Below, piece by piece: positions 1-6,467 of a stretch of 39,550 nt of DNA (position 1 is the first letter of the stretch; each line of letters starts with the position of its first letter). The notes under the pieces are model-generated. The model was given only the letters and a program-made list of their open reading frames with translations, made no database searches and had not been told where the DNA came from. This DNA is from a virus: the IMG/VR virus record IMGVR_UViG_3300045988_164840, one strand, 5' to 3'. The translations under genes were made by a program, and so were the position numbers.

Positions 1-3
1 AAC

Positions 4-48
4 AAAAACCCACGCAATTCCGAAAAAGCCTCGAAACTGCGTGGGTTT
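4..48 (-). terminator. Hairpin terminator of the tRNA gene (duplicated copy)
   Basis: Stem 7-16 AACCCACGCA pairs with 38-47 TGCGTGGGTT. On the minus strand it is followed by TTTGTT and lies just 3' of the tRNA CCA end. Confidence 0.7.
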
Positions 49-52
49 TCTC

Positions 53-97
53 TGGTCTGAGTGACCGGACTTGAACCGGCGGCCTCTACCACCCCAA
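53..97 (-). pseudogene. Displaced 3' fragment of tRNA-Pro (anticodon loop to CCA), not a complete tRNA
   Basis: Minus strand reads TTGGGGT-GGTAG-AGGCC-GCCGG-TTCAAGT-CCGGT-CACTCAG-A-CCA. The sequence 5' of it (..tttcc) cannot pair with GGTAG, so there is no anticodon stem, D-arm or acceptor 5' strand here. Confidence 0.8.
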
Positions 98-205
98 GGA
101 AATGTGTTTATTTAAAAAATACCAAGAAAATACTGAAAAAGATCCGGTTTTACAGTGCTTTTTATTTTGAAAAATATGAGATCAATTAAAAAAAACTTCT
201 TAGAA

Positions 206-227
206 TGTCGTAATAGTGTCGTGGTAA
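206..227 (+). promoter_or_regulatory. Putative integrase arm-type binding motifs (left arm)
   Basis: TGTCGTA (206-212) and GTGTCGTGGTAA (216-227). The same two motifs recur at 39430-39436 and 39417-39428 in the right arm. Confidence 0.45.
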
Positions 228-233
228 ATGGAA

Positions 234-1361
234 TCATTTAATGCCAAGAAGATTGCGTGTACTTTCGGTGTCTTCATGAGCATATCGTTTTCTCAACATT
301 TTTAAATCTGCATGTCCTAATACTGTTGCTACTGCAAATAAATTTGCACCGCTGTTTACCCATAATGTTGCACGTGTATGCCTTAATTCATGCGGATGCA
401 ATATTGGTACATCAACGCCCTGTTGCATATAATATGTATGCATATCTTTCATGAACACATCATAATGCCGTCTGCTCCATGTTCGTGGACTTTGTACAGT
501 TCCTTTTTCTGTGCAAAAGACAAATATACTGTTTCTATCTCTATTTTTCAAGATCTCAACAACATCTGAAGAAATTGGGATTTCTCTTTTCCTGAAATCA
601 TTTTTTGGCTTTCCAATAACAATTTTTGATTTTCTTGTATTTGCGTCGACTACATCTGTAACGCCACGTTCTATTTTTAATGTGGCATGTTCAAAATCAA
701 TGTCATCCCATTGAATTCCAAGCAGTTCCGAACGTGTAATCCCATATGACAATAGCAAAATAACATCAAGACCGTATCTATGTGTAGTTGCATATGCAAG
801 TACCATTTTGCACTGCTCTTCTGTGTAAGTTTGTTTTTTTCTTGTCTCTTTTTTGCTTGATAATTTGATGCTGGTGCATGGGTTCACATGGATCAAGCCA
901 TTTTGTAAAGCAGATTCAAAAATTCTTGATAGTGCCATTCTATGCTTTTTTAGCGTTTCTATCGTATATTCATTTGCTTTTTTATTAAAGTAGAGCTGGA
1001 TATCTATCTGCTTTATTTCTTGAATATGTGCTTTTTTGAAATATGGGATCAAGTGATTTTCAATAGAATTTCGATAGGTTAAATTGTAGGAACTATCTTT
1101 CACGGTTCCTTTTAAAGATTCCAAAACTTTTCTTGCCCATGTATCAAAACAGGTTCCGATACTTGTAATAGATTCACCTGTTATGTTTTTGACAGCTTGT
1201 TCAATTTTGTATTGTTCTGCTTTCGCTCTTGCATCTTCTTTGCTCCTTTTGCTGTAAAAGCTTTTGCGGATCAATGTGCCATCAAAATTCTTTCCAACGG
1301 TCACTTTCACTTCATAGCAACCGTCTTTTCTGTTCGGCTTTTCTTTTTTTGGTCTGCCCAT
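234..1361 (-). CDS. int: Tyrosine recombinase / phage integrase
   Basis: 375 aa. C-terminal catalytic pattern ..HPHELRHTRATL..LGHADLKMLRKRYAH (R, H-x-x-R, H, Y). GAGGGAG RBS before the ATG. Adjacent to attL. Confidence 0.95.
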   Translation of the reverse strand: MGRPKKEKPNRKDGCYEVKVTVGKNFDGTLIRKSFYSKRSKEDARAKAEQYKIEQAVKNITGESITSIGTCFDTWARKVLESLKGTVKDSSYNLTYRNSIENHLIPYFKKAHIQEIKQIDIQLYFNKKANEYTIETLKKHRMALSRIFESALQNGLIHVNPCTSIKLSSKKETRKKQTYTEEQCKMVLAYATTHRYGLDVILLLSYGITRSELLGIQWDDIDFEHATLKIERGVTDVVDANTRKSKIVIGKPKNDFRKREIPISSDVVEILKNRDRNSIFVFCTEKGTVQSPRTWSRRHYDVFMKDMHTYYMQQGVDVPILHPHELRHTRATLWVNSGANLFAVATVLGHADLKMLRKRYAHEDTESTRNLLGIK

Positions 1362-1412
1362 TTTTTCGCTCCCTCGTTTGTTTCAATCTATGTCCTCACA
1401 AAAAGGCGACAG

Positions 1413-1441
1413 TTGACAAACGGGAACAAATATGATATAAT
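1413..1441 (+). promoter_or_regulatory. Consensus sigma-A type promoter TTGACA-17-TATAAT with TGn extension
   Basis: TTGACA at 1413-1418, a 17-nt spacer, TATAAT at 1436-1441, TG at 1433-1434. No ORF follows it. Confidence 0.6.
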
Positions 1442-1445
1442 AAAC

Positions 1446-1517
1446 ATTGTCAAATTATATTTTTTTGTTCCCTTAAAAATACCGCCTGTTGTACCAGCAA
1501 CAAGCGGTATTTTTATT
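1446..1517 (+). ncRNA. Candidate ~70-nt small RNA (orphan promoter plus intrinsic terminator)
   Basis: The consensus promoter at 1413-1441 is followed about 30 nt later by a strong terminator hairpin and T-run. There is no start codon or RBS in between. Confidence 0.35.
1479..1517. terminator. Bidirectional rho-independent terminator
   Basis: Stem ATACCGCCTGTTG (1479-1491) pairs with CAACAAGCGGTAT (1498-1510), 12 of 13 bp. TTTTATTT follows on the plus strand and TTTTAAGG on the minus strand. It lies downstream of the AlbA_2 gene stop. Confidence 0.8.
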
Positions 1518-1578
1518 TATATGATATGTTGTAAACAGTTTTAATCCGCATTTAAAAAATAAATGCACTTAGAAAATT

Positions 1579-3225
1579 TTACTTGATTTTATAATAAGCA
1601 AATTTTCCCTTACCAACAAGTATAAGCATTCCGTCTTCTGTCATTTTGACAAGTAGTCGATATGCTTGCCCTTGGTTTAAATGTAGGAGTTGCATAACAT
1701 CTTTTCTTGTCACTTTTCCATAATTGTTTTTTGCAAATTTTAAAATAAGTTCTGGATAACGAATACGATTAATACCCGTCTGTCGTACATACCCAATAAC
1801 ATTATTTGCATTTTTATAAAGTTCTGCACTAAGAATATAGGATCTATTATTTCCGTTTCCATCTGTTTCCACAAGTCCCGATTCAACTAATTTTTCAATA
1901 GTAGTACGTACCTTGTATTCATTGATATGAATCATATGTGTAAGTGATTTAAGTTGTAGTCTTCTATTTGATTTTAAAGCATTTAATATCAGTAAAGCAT
2001 TTATAGATAATGGCCTTCCAATTTTACTTTGTTCTTCTGCAACCATTTTAATGAATGCCTTATCTGGTAAGCTTTTTGGAATAAACAGATTTACAGTGTT
2101 TGAATTGGATTCTGAATAATCAGGTAATGACTTTCCATAGGAAAGAGATCCTTCAAAAATACGATCAATCCCTCTTCCAGTACGTTCTGCAAGACCAATA
2201 CGTTTTAATGCATCAGCAAGTGCAGGATTTCTTCCGTGCGGTTCTGCTGTCAATAGATTTTCAATTGTTACGCCTTCAATAAATCCACCTGGATTACTTA
2301 TTGTTAAGCCATCATCATCCAGTGCAACGCGAATACGTCCCAATATTGTGTAGTCTCGATGGCAAAAGGCATTTACAAGTGCTTCACGAAACGCTCTTTT
2401 ATCAAAATCTGGAATAGAGATACGAAATAATCCTTCCTCCATTTCTTCTGTGTGATTTCTGGCATCCATATAAGATTCTATTTTTTCGAATGCTGTTAGC
2501 ATAGGTAACATAAACGATTCATTTACAACTACATCTGTGCCTTGTAATTCTTGAAATGTTGCTTCAGCAGTCGGAACAAGCATTGAGAGACGTTCTCTAC
2601 GACCAATCAATAACATACCACAATATGTAGGAACAAAAACACCATTTTGTTCTATTGCCAAACGAAGTGCAAGATCTAACTCTGTATCATCAAGATCAAG
2701 TAAAGTTTTTTCACCGTGATAATTTTGTATGATGCTACGAAGATGCTCTCGTTCTACTGGATCTAAATCTGAATATACAGCTTCTGGAACAGGTTGTGCG
2801 GAATAATCCAGCATACGCAATGAAGAAAGTCGTGAATTCATTTCATATGGGTACATAGGTATGTTTTCTGGTTCCCCATCCAACTTAATTCGTCTTCTCA
2901 AAACTTTTCCATTTGAAGCAGCAACAATAGCAGAATATTTTGGAACTGTTATAATCAAATATTTTATGTTATTTGTATCAATAAGTTCAGTATGAACAGC
3001 AACAGGTGGAATTGTTTTATTTGCAATAAATGCTGCCAATTTTGAAGGGTCTTTGTGAGATGGATGTAATCCTGTAATGTCACCATTATCTTCTACGCCA
3101 AGGAAAAATCTGCCACCATTAGTATTTGCAAAAGCAACTACACTTTCAATTATCACGTCATCTGATAATTTTTTTAAATCGCTTTTAAATTCAATGGTTA
3201 TATTTTCTCGGAATCCAATGTTCAT
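1579..3225 (-). CDS. Schlafen/AlbA_2-domain protein with an HATPase_c_4-like segment and C-terminal winged-helix regions (COG2865-type putative regulator)
   Basis: ENITIEFKSDL..VVAFANTNGGRFFLGVEDNG (AlbA_2-like). FREALVNAFCHRDY..ISNPGG..GRNP..AERTGRGI (HATPase_c_4-like). Start trimmed to ATG 3225, which has AAAGGAG 8 nt upstream. Confidence 0.85.
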   Translation of the reverse strand: MNIGFRENITIEFKSDLKKLSDDVIIESVVAFANTNGGRFFLGVEDNGDITGLHPSHKDPSKLAAFIANKTIPPVAVHTELIDTNNIKYLIITVPKYSAIVAASNGKVLRRRIKLDGEPENIPMYPYEMNSRLSSLRMLDYSAQPVPEAVYSDLDPVEREHLRSIIQNYHGEKTLLDLDDTELDLALRLAIEQNGVFVPTYCGMLLIGRRERLSMLVPTAEATFQELQGTDVVVNESFMLPMLTAFEKIESYMDARNHTEEMEEGLFRISIPDFDKRAFREALVNAFCHRDYTILGRIRVALDDDGLTISNPGGFIEGVTIENLLTAEPHGRNPALADALKRIGLAERTGRGIDRIFEGSLSYGKSLPDYSESNSNTVNLFIPKSLPDKAFIKMVAEEQSKIGRPLSINALLILNALKSNRRLQLKSLTHMIHINEYKVRTTIEKLVESGLVETDGNGNNRSYILSAELYKNANNVIGYVRQTGINRIRYPELILKFAKNNYGKVTRKDVMQLLHLNQGQAYRLLVKMTEDGMLILVGKGKFAYYKIK

Positions 3226-3240
3226 TTCAACACTCCTTTT

Positions 3241-3412
3241 ACGCTCGGTGAGCGTTAATACATATTTATTATAGCACAAACGAGCGTTAAAAGCAAGCGT
3301 TAAAATAAAAAAATTGTTTTTCAATGAAAAAAAGTGCGAATTTTCGGAACATTTATAAGTGTCTGGTTTAACGCTCGTTAACACTCGATACGAGCGTTAA
3401 ACCGAGCGTTAA
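3241..3412. promoter_or_regulatory. Array of GAGCGTTAA iterons (putative operators)
   Basis: GAGCGTTAA at 3250, 3282, 3392 and 3404. AAGCGTTAA at 3295. Inverted TTAACGCTC at 3368. Palindrome ACGCTC-GGT-GAGCGT at 3241-3255. Confidence 0.7.
3268..3296 (-). promoter_or_regulatory. Promoter of the AlbA_2-type gene (TTGCTT-17-TATAAT, TGn extended)
   Basis: -10 at 3268-3273 and -35 at 3291-3296 (minus strand). One iteron fills the spacer, one overlaps the -35, and a palindrome sits in the 5' UTR. Confidence 0.6.
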
Positions 3413-3450
3413 ACTGATTTTTTGTAGTTTTAGTGACATATAACACATGC

Positions 3451-3500
3451 AAAAAATCCCACCGGAGCAGGTGCATCAACCGCTTCGATGGGGTTTTTTT
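3451..3500 (-). terminator. Terminator element, copy A (A-run, hairpin, T-run)
   Basis: AAAAAATCCCACCGGAGC-AGGTGCATCAACC-GCTTCGATGGGGTTTTTTT, located 11 nt after the stop of the 3511-4272 gene. About 90% identical to 6415-6462. Confidence 0.8.
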
Positions 3501-3510
3501 ATTTAATACC

Positions 3511-4272
3511 TTATACAAATACATTTTGATTTTCACCAATAGAACTAAATAAAATTGGTTTAATAGCATAGCTTTCAAATGCAACAATATCTTTTTCATT
3601 TATTTTGTTTTCATCGTTTATAATTGTTATTAAAGTACTGCTATCTTCTCTAGCATCCATCGTATCAAGCCAATTAAAGATTGTAGCATCTCTAATTGAT
3701 TTGTTTAAATGATTGATAACTCTACAAAAACGGTCTGTTGGATTGGCTTTATTTCGTTGAAAATGAAAATCGTATGTGTATATATTTTTCGTTTTTCCAA
3801 TTATTGAAAAATCTCTGGTATAATATATTTCATGTTTATCGAAAAATGTAGTAACATCTTCCAAAAACAAACTTTTTACATTGCTTTTTCGTAGTTCAAA
3901 CATATTATCAATCAGCAACATTGCTTGAACCATCATATGCTTTTTTTTCGGAAAATCTTTAATTTTAGAAACGGCTGTAATCGCTTCTCCATCCAGTGTA
4001 AGTCCATAATTATGAATTGTTCTTTCTAAAATTCGCTGTTTTGTAGAATTTTTCTTGAATTGCATGCCACATGCGATAAGATTTCCAATAATATAACCGT
4101 CATCTGTGAAAAATACATCATTTTCATCAACTTGCTTTACATAAATCTGGAGATAATCGTTAAAGCGGTCTAAATATGGAGTTGTTATTTCATAGTATTC
4201 ACCGATTTTTTCAAAAGAGATACTTTTGTTAAGCCAATCGGTATAGGAATCTATCATTTTCTTAATATCCAT
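3511..4272 (-). CDS. DUF1828/DUF1829-like protein (function unknown)
   Basis: 253 aa. N-terminal YYEITTPYLDRFNDYLQIYV..FFTDDGYIIGNL matches my memory of DUF1828 followed by DUF1829. AGGAG RBS present. Lies 24 nt downstream of the preceding gene. Confidence 0.8.
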   Translation of the reverse strand: MDIKKMIDSYTDWLNKSISFEKIGEYYEITTPYLDRFNDYLQIYVKQVDENDVFFTDDGYIIGNLIACGMQFKKNSTKQRILERTIHNYGLTLDGEAITAVSKIKDFPKKKHMMVQAMLLIDNMFELRKSNVKSLFLEDVTTFFDKHEIYYTRDFSIIGKTKNIYTYDFHFQRNKANPTDRFCRVINHLNKSIRDATIFNWLDTMDAREDSSTLITIINDENKINEKDIVAFESYAIKPILFSSIGENQNVFV

Positions 4273-4296
4273 GCTATCAACTCCTTTTTCTGCTTT

Positions 4297-4746
4297 TTAA
4301 AATCCTTTAAGTGATGTTACTTGGGCAATCGTTGGAGGATCTACAATGTGAAATCGTTCAAAAAAGTCCATACAAAGCTCAAGTAAATTTTTGTTGGAAA
4401 CATCAAACGGAATTGCTTCTGTACCATATTCAGCAGAATAGATATGTAGATGTGCCCCTTTTATGTGCGTATCTGTCTTTTCATCATAATGAACTAGGTT
4501 TTTTCCAACATCTAAGCGAAGTAGTACAATTCCTTCTGGCAACCGACCTAAATAAGTACAATTATCAGCATTAATGCCTTTTCTTTGAACATTAACAACA
4601 AAAGACTGATCATCATCAGAAACAACTTCAAATTCAAATCTACCTTTTCCGTTTGGGATATAATACGTTTGGTTTATTACTTTTCTTTTCAATAAGTTTA
4701 TTAGCTCTATTGCTTCTTCCGTGCTTAAAGCAGATTTCTTTGTCAT
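4297..4746 (-). CDS. Hypothetical 149-aa protein with an HxH motif (GAHLHIYSAEYG), possibly DUF6978-like
   Basis: ATG with AAAGGGA RBS, directly downstream of a strong promoter. First gene of a two-gene cassette. The family assignment is tentative. Confidence 0.75.
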   Translation of the reverse strand: MTKKSALSTEEAIELINLLKRKVINQTYYIPNGKGRFEFEVVSDDDQSFVVNVQRKGINADNCTYLGRLPEGIVLLRLDVGKNLVHYDEKTDTHIKGAHLHIYSAEYGTEAIPFDVSNKNLLELCMDFFERFHIVDPPTIAQVTSLKGF

Positions 4747-4763
4747 ATTTATCCCTTTCTATA

Positions 4764-4792
4764 ATTATACCACATTTTTTGCACCTATGCAA
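4764..4792 (-). promoter_or_regulatory. Promoter of the two-gene cassette (TTGCAT-17-TATAAT, TGn extended)
   Basis: -10 at 4764-4769 and -35 at 4787-4792 on the minus strand, with TGG immediately upstream of the -10. Confidence 0.65.
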
Positions 4793-4817
4793 TCTTTTTT
4801 TCAGCAGTTCTTACTTT

Positions 4818-4850
4818 GCCATCTCCATAATCGCATTCATAATCTTCATT
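4818..4850. repeat. 33-bp junction repeat, copy A
   Basis: GCCATCTCCATAATCGCATTCATAATCTTCATT differs from 6383-6414 by 1 substitution and 1 indel. On the minus strand it encodes ..EDYECDYGDG. Confidence 0.85.
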
Positions 4851-4933
4851 TATTAGCATATATATTTAATAAATACTAATCCTTATTTCGTTTTTCAAAT
4901 CGAGATTGAATTCAATTATTTTTTCATTATGAG

Positions 4934-4962
4934 TTGACATGGATAATTAAAAATGCTATAAT
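4934..4962 (+). promoter_or_regulatory. Consensus promoter TTGACA-17-TATAAT (TGn extended)
   Basis: TTGACA at 4934-4939, TATAAT at 4957-4962, TG at 4954-4955. Lies 44 nt upstream of the ATG at 5006. Confidence 0.7.
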
Positions 4963-5005
4963 GAAAATAGAGGATCTCGTTTTTGTCTGCATGGAGGAAA
5001 TAAAA

Positions 5006-5338
5006 ATGAATGAAAATGAAGCACTTACATTATTGAAAAAAATTTTAGATATGACTAATAGAAATGCTTTAGAATGGAATGCCGATGTTACTGAAAATGG
5101 AAATATTAAATATTTTTCTAAAATTCCAAATACTGAATTTCAAATTATTATATTTGAGATAAATGTAACTCCAAAAGTTTTTATTTTAAATAGCAACTAT
5201 GCATTACAGGTAAATTTAAAATCTTTTGAAAATACACCACTCAGTAAAGCTGAAAAAATTACTATTTCTATTATTACCATTGTAAAAAGTCAGATCCATT
5301 CTTATATAAGAAAAAAGTTAAAAGCTGAATTTATCTAA
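5006..5338 (+). CDS. Hypothetical 110-aa protein
   Basis: Start trimmed to ATG 5006 (GGAGG 8 nt upstream). Its N-terminal motif LKKI-x3-T-x-NR-x-L-x-W is shared with the convergent 5318-5731 product. Confidence 0.7.
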   Translation: MNENEALTLLKKILDMTNRNALEWNADVTENGNIKYFSKIPNTEFQIIIFEINVTPKVFILNSNYALQVNLKSFENTPLSKAEKITISIITIVKSQIHSYIRKKLKAEFI

Positions 5339-5731
5339 AAACTGAAATAAATCAGAAACATCTACACAGTATTCGCCTTCTTTTGATTTCCAATACTCTA
5401 TAACATTTTTCCTTAATTCAAATATATGTTCAGTAAGATATTGTGGTATCTCACAAACTCCTGCATTTTTATGAAATACACCCAACAGTTCTATTTTGTC
5501 AGAATATTTAGAATGATAACTTAGCAAAATTAAATAAGCTTCTTCTTTTTTCACAAAAAAAGATTCGAATTCAGTTAATCCATTTTCATATGCTTTCATG
5601 ATATATTCGTTCAGATAGATGCTATCATCATAATACTTATTGTATTCTGAGATAGGTCTCCAATTAAGTTTTCTATTTTTTGTGTTCTCATTTATTTTTT
5701 TAAGATAACCTTCAATTCTATCTGATATCAT
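5318..5731 (-). CDS. Hypothetical 137-aa protein
   Basis: ATG with AAGGA RBS. Overlaps the upstream gene by 14 nt, so the two form an operon. Its 3' end overlaps the convergent 5006-5338 gene by 21 nt. Confidence 0.7.
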   Translation of the reverse strand: MISDRIEGYLKKINENTKNRKLNWRPISEYNKYYDDSIYLNEYIMKAYENGLTEFESFFVKKEEAYLILLSYHSKYSDKIELLGVFHKNAGVCEIPQYLTEHIFELRKNVIEYWKSKEGEYCVDVSDLFQFLDKFSF

Positions 5732-6173
5732 ATATATTTCCTTTCATTTCTAACAACGAGATCATTTCTCCTAATTTCGTAGTTAATTCACTTAGATTCT
5801 CTTTGGTTATATTTCTTGCTTTCTTATAAATCTTTTGACATTTTTTTATAGATGAGATATCCTTTTTGCTCCATTCACCGTTCTTACCGCCAGTTTCAGC
5901 ATAATCTTTCATTTTACATAAAGATTTCATGATAGTTGCATAAATATTGGTATTGTTGATGTCGCCTGATGACATTTGAGAAAAACAAATATTAAGGTTC
6001 TTTTGTAATCCATCATAATCTAATTTAAATCCCTTATCTATCTTTTCTTTCTGTATAGATCTTTCTATATTAGTTGCTTTTATCATTGTAATAAAACTAA
6101 TGATAATTCCACCAACTCCACTGATAATGCCAACAATCCAAGATGTGATCTCAACAATATTTAAAACCGTCAC
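5718..6173 (-). CDS. Hypothetical 151-aa membrane-anchored protein (one N-terminal TM helix)
   Basis: GTG start with AAGGAG 7 nt upstream. The N-terminal segment WIVGIISGVGGIIISFITMI is hydrophobic and the rest is hydrophilic. Confidence 0.7.
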   Translation of the reverse strand: MTVLNIVEITSWIVGIISGVGGIIISFITMIKATNIERSIQKEKIDKGFKLDYDGLQKNLNICFSQMSSGDINNTNIYATIMKSLCKMKDYAETGGKNGEWSKKDISSIKKCQKIYKKARNITKENLSELTTKLGEMISLLEMKGNIYDIR

Positions 6174-6191
6174 ATTTTATCTCCTTATTTT

Positions 6192-6238
6192 CTGCATTGA
6201 AACAGTTGCTCTGTTTTGATGCAGATTTTTTTATTTTT
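6192..6238 (+). terminator. Plus-strand-specific rho-independent terminator
   Basis: CUGCAUUGAAACAG / CUGUUUUGAUGCAG gives a 14-bp stem. Two G-U wobbles pair only in the plus-strand RNA. AUUUUUUUAUUUUU follows. The minus-strand version has two A-C mismatches and no U-run. Confidence 0.8.
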
Positions 6239-6409
6239 CCTCTTCCAATTCATCATAAATCATAGATATGATTTTTACACGTTTTTTCAGCGACAGGCTT
6301 TTTATCAGGTCTAAAAGTTCTGTATCTTCTTTCTGCTGGTTGGAAATTGTGATATTTGTATTTCCACCAGCGACAGCAACACCGCCATCTCCATAATCAC
6401 ATTCATATC
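6231..6409 (-). pseudogene. 3' remnant of a second XRE-type repressor gene (no start codon)
   Basis: The open frame ..YECDYGDGGVAVAGGNTNITISNQQKEDTELLDLIKSLSLKKRVKIISMIYDELEEEK* parallels the C-terminus of the 7042-7452 repressor (GGDNN..VTI..EIEVLLEKMPRSKQLRAIADIIDLLEEK). It is preceded by an in-frame TGA. Confidence 0.6.
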
Positions 6410-6414
6410 TTCAT
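6383..6414. repeat. 33-bp junction repeat, copy B
   Basis: GCCATCTCCATAATCACATTCATATCTTCATT. Here it abuts terminator element copy B directly. Confidence 0.85.
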
Positions 6415-6462
6415 TAAAAATCCCACCAGAGCAGGTGCATCAATCGCTTCGGTGGTTTTTTT
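6415..6462 (-). terminator. Terminator element, copy B
   Basis: AAAAATCCCACCAGAGC-AGGTGCATCAATC-GCTTCGGTGGTTTTTTTT, located 6 nt after the stop at 6468. One stem difference from copy A repairs a C-A mismatch to a C-G pair. Confidence 0.8.
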
Positions 6463-6467
6463 TCATT

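Larger units (their letters stand above)
1..97. repeat. attL copy of the 97-bp direct repeat (core attachment sequence)
   Basis: Identical base for base to 39454-39550. Its true length may be larger because both copies touch the window edges. Confidence 0.95.

Noticed and set aside
53-97. Left-hand tRNA-like sequence as a functional tRNA
   Set aside because: Only the 3' 45 nt are present. The adjacent phage DNA cannot form the anticodon stem, D-arm or acceptor 5' strand.
1197-1544. Plus-strand ORFs 1197-1544 and 1229-1435 across the int 5' end
   Set aside because: They are antisense to the integrase, then run through a promoter and a terminator. Their composition is Phe/Cys-rich and they have no RBS.
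3226-3384. N-terminal 53-codon extension of the AlbA_2-type ORF, and the 73-aa ORF 3378-3599
   Set aside because: The extension runs through the promoter and iteron region, while the AAAGGAG RBS precedes the internal ATG at 3225. The 73-aa ORF spans a terminator hairpin and intergenic DNA.
3241-3412. GAGCGTTAA repeat cluster as a CRISPR array
   Set aside because: The repeats are only 9 bp long, irregularly spaced (3-60 bp) and in mixed orientation, and they overlap a promoter. They are operator or iteron-like, not CRISPR.
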